Positions 62,805-64,000 of a stretch of 64,000 nucleotides of DNA are shown here, piece after piece; position 1 is the first letter of the stretch, and each line of letters starts with the position of its first letter. A program made the position numbers and the translations under genes. The DNA is from Camelus ferus (taxonomy: Eukaryota). The stretch lies in NCBI RefSeq assembly GCF_009834535.1, contig NC_045697.1, positions 25,732,001 to 25,796,000 of the forward strand, in the 5' to 3' direction. The notes beneath the pieces were generated by a model that worked only from the letters and a program-made list of their open reading frames with translations, was not told the DNA's origin and did no database searches.

Positions 62805-64000
62805 AACTTCCAGTCTTAGCTCTGACATGCAAAGAACTTGGAAGTCATCACTTTCATTCTTACAACAAGAAAAAGTTATACTAACTGAAAATCAATAACT
62901 TTTCTTGAAACTGTCAGAAAACTGAGGTTTGAGAACAAACTACAACCCTGAGATCTGTAGAGAGAGGTGAGTCAGAGAGTCAGCTAAGATCTCCTTACCT
63001 GTACAGAAGCTTCTGAAACACAAACTGGTAGGAAGACTTAAATAGTAATTTTGACAAATTGTTAGAAGCTCCGTGTTGGCCAGTGTGAGAATTAAAAGTT
63101 CTTGGGGGCCATAATTTTAGGAAGGACTCCACACTTGCACGGATATTACCATTGAGAAACCCAAAAGTTCTTAAGATGAACACCCAAGAAAGGTCTTCTA
63201 GTTTTAGAAGAAGAGAGAAAGAATAATCTTTGTGAAATATGCTTAGCACTTTCTCCACAACAAGGATGTACTTTCTAGGGAAAAAGACTTTACCAGAGGA
63301 CCATCCAAGCTGAGGAAGGGCATTTTTCCCCCTCAAGTCTCTTCTAGCTTTCCCGTCTCATAAAAGTAGGAACAAAACATAATAAACAAAGATCAGTTCT
63401 CCAAGGAAATTGAGAATAAGACTTGAGTCCAGGAAGAGAGTAAAGAACAGGAGAGAAAAATAAGCTACTGGAGAAACAATTATAAAGATCACAGCCCAGA
63501 GACACATGTCTACAAGAAGACGTGTGTCTATAACATTAAGATTATAGAATTCTTCCTGTTCCTAAAACTTCACCCACCCACCAACAGAGCTCTGCTATAA
63601 TAGTAGTGGATTATGCTGGAAGAGCTTCAAGACACAAACCCTGTCTCAGGAGGAGTCTGTAGGGTAGCCCAGCATGAAGAGGAACAGCATATACTAGGAC
63701 GCTAGAGGATGTGAAGCCTCTGATACCCATGGTGACAGAAAATATAGCCTAATAATGAGGGCAACATCAATCCTCACACTAAAGGCTTATGTATCTCTGG
63801 TCCTATTACCTGAGATAGCATGTCTAGCTTTCAACAAAAATGATAAGGCACAACAAAAAGCAAGTAAAATAGAGAATGAATAGACAAATCAGGCATCAGA
63901 ATTAGACTCAGATATGACATGGATGTTGGAACTATGAGACAAGGAATTTAACGTAACTGTGATTAATATGTTATGGGTTAATGGGAAAAGCAGACAACAT
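62805..64000 (+). mobile_element. old LINE-1 5'UTR and ORF1 start (L1MC/MD-type), runs off the window
   Basis: cttggaagtcatcactttcattcttacaacaagaaaaag..actgaaaatcaataactttt; ORF1-start-like gcatgtctagctttcaacaaaaa..cagactcagatatgaca-like..gatgttggaact..aaggaattt. Confidence 0.7.

Noticed and set aside
1..64000. CRISPR arrays, tRNA/rRNA/snRNA genes, NUMTs, operon-like systems, CpG-island promoter
   Set aside because: No regularly spaced repeat-spacer array, no recognisable structural RNA or mitochondrial sequence, and no gene-dense or CpG-rich tract; the DNA is mammalian repeat-rich non-coding sequence

Overview
AT-rich mammalian nuclear DNA with no CpG island. I recognise no protein-coding exon, RNA gene, CRISPR array or operon-like system. 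The window is a transposable-element mosaic typical of a gene desert or very large intron. It holds about a dozen 5'-truncated LINE-1 pieces (several with readable target-site duplications, TSDs), about 20 solo LTRs (MaLR MLT1, ERVL MLT2/LTR16/LTR41/MER21/MER74-like, ERV1 MER31/MER34/MER41-like), old L2/MIR fragments, Tigger/hAT MITEs and microsatellites. The young L1 3'UTRs are cetartiodactyl-type and no young SINE is visible, which fits a camelid best (inference). Repeat family names come from recalled consensus sequences, not a database search, and boundaries of old elements are approximate. Most ORFs in the track are TE- or microsatellite-derived, or chance. The best unexplained feature is a 478-bp non-repetitive insert (44119-44596) that splits an old L1 3' end, is flanked by a TTAAGATG duplication, ends in A7 and carries a 125-codon antisense ORF. 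Other leads are an internally deleted tail-less L1 fragment, a minus-strand excess of LTRs hinting at a + strand host transcript, and several motif-dense unique segments that may be enhancers. I found no convincing novel multi-gene system.
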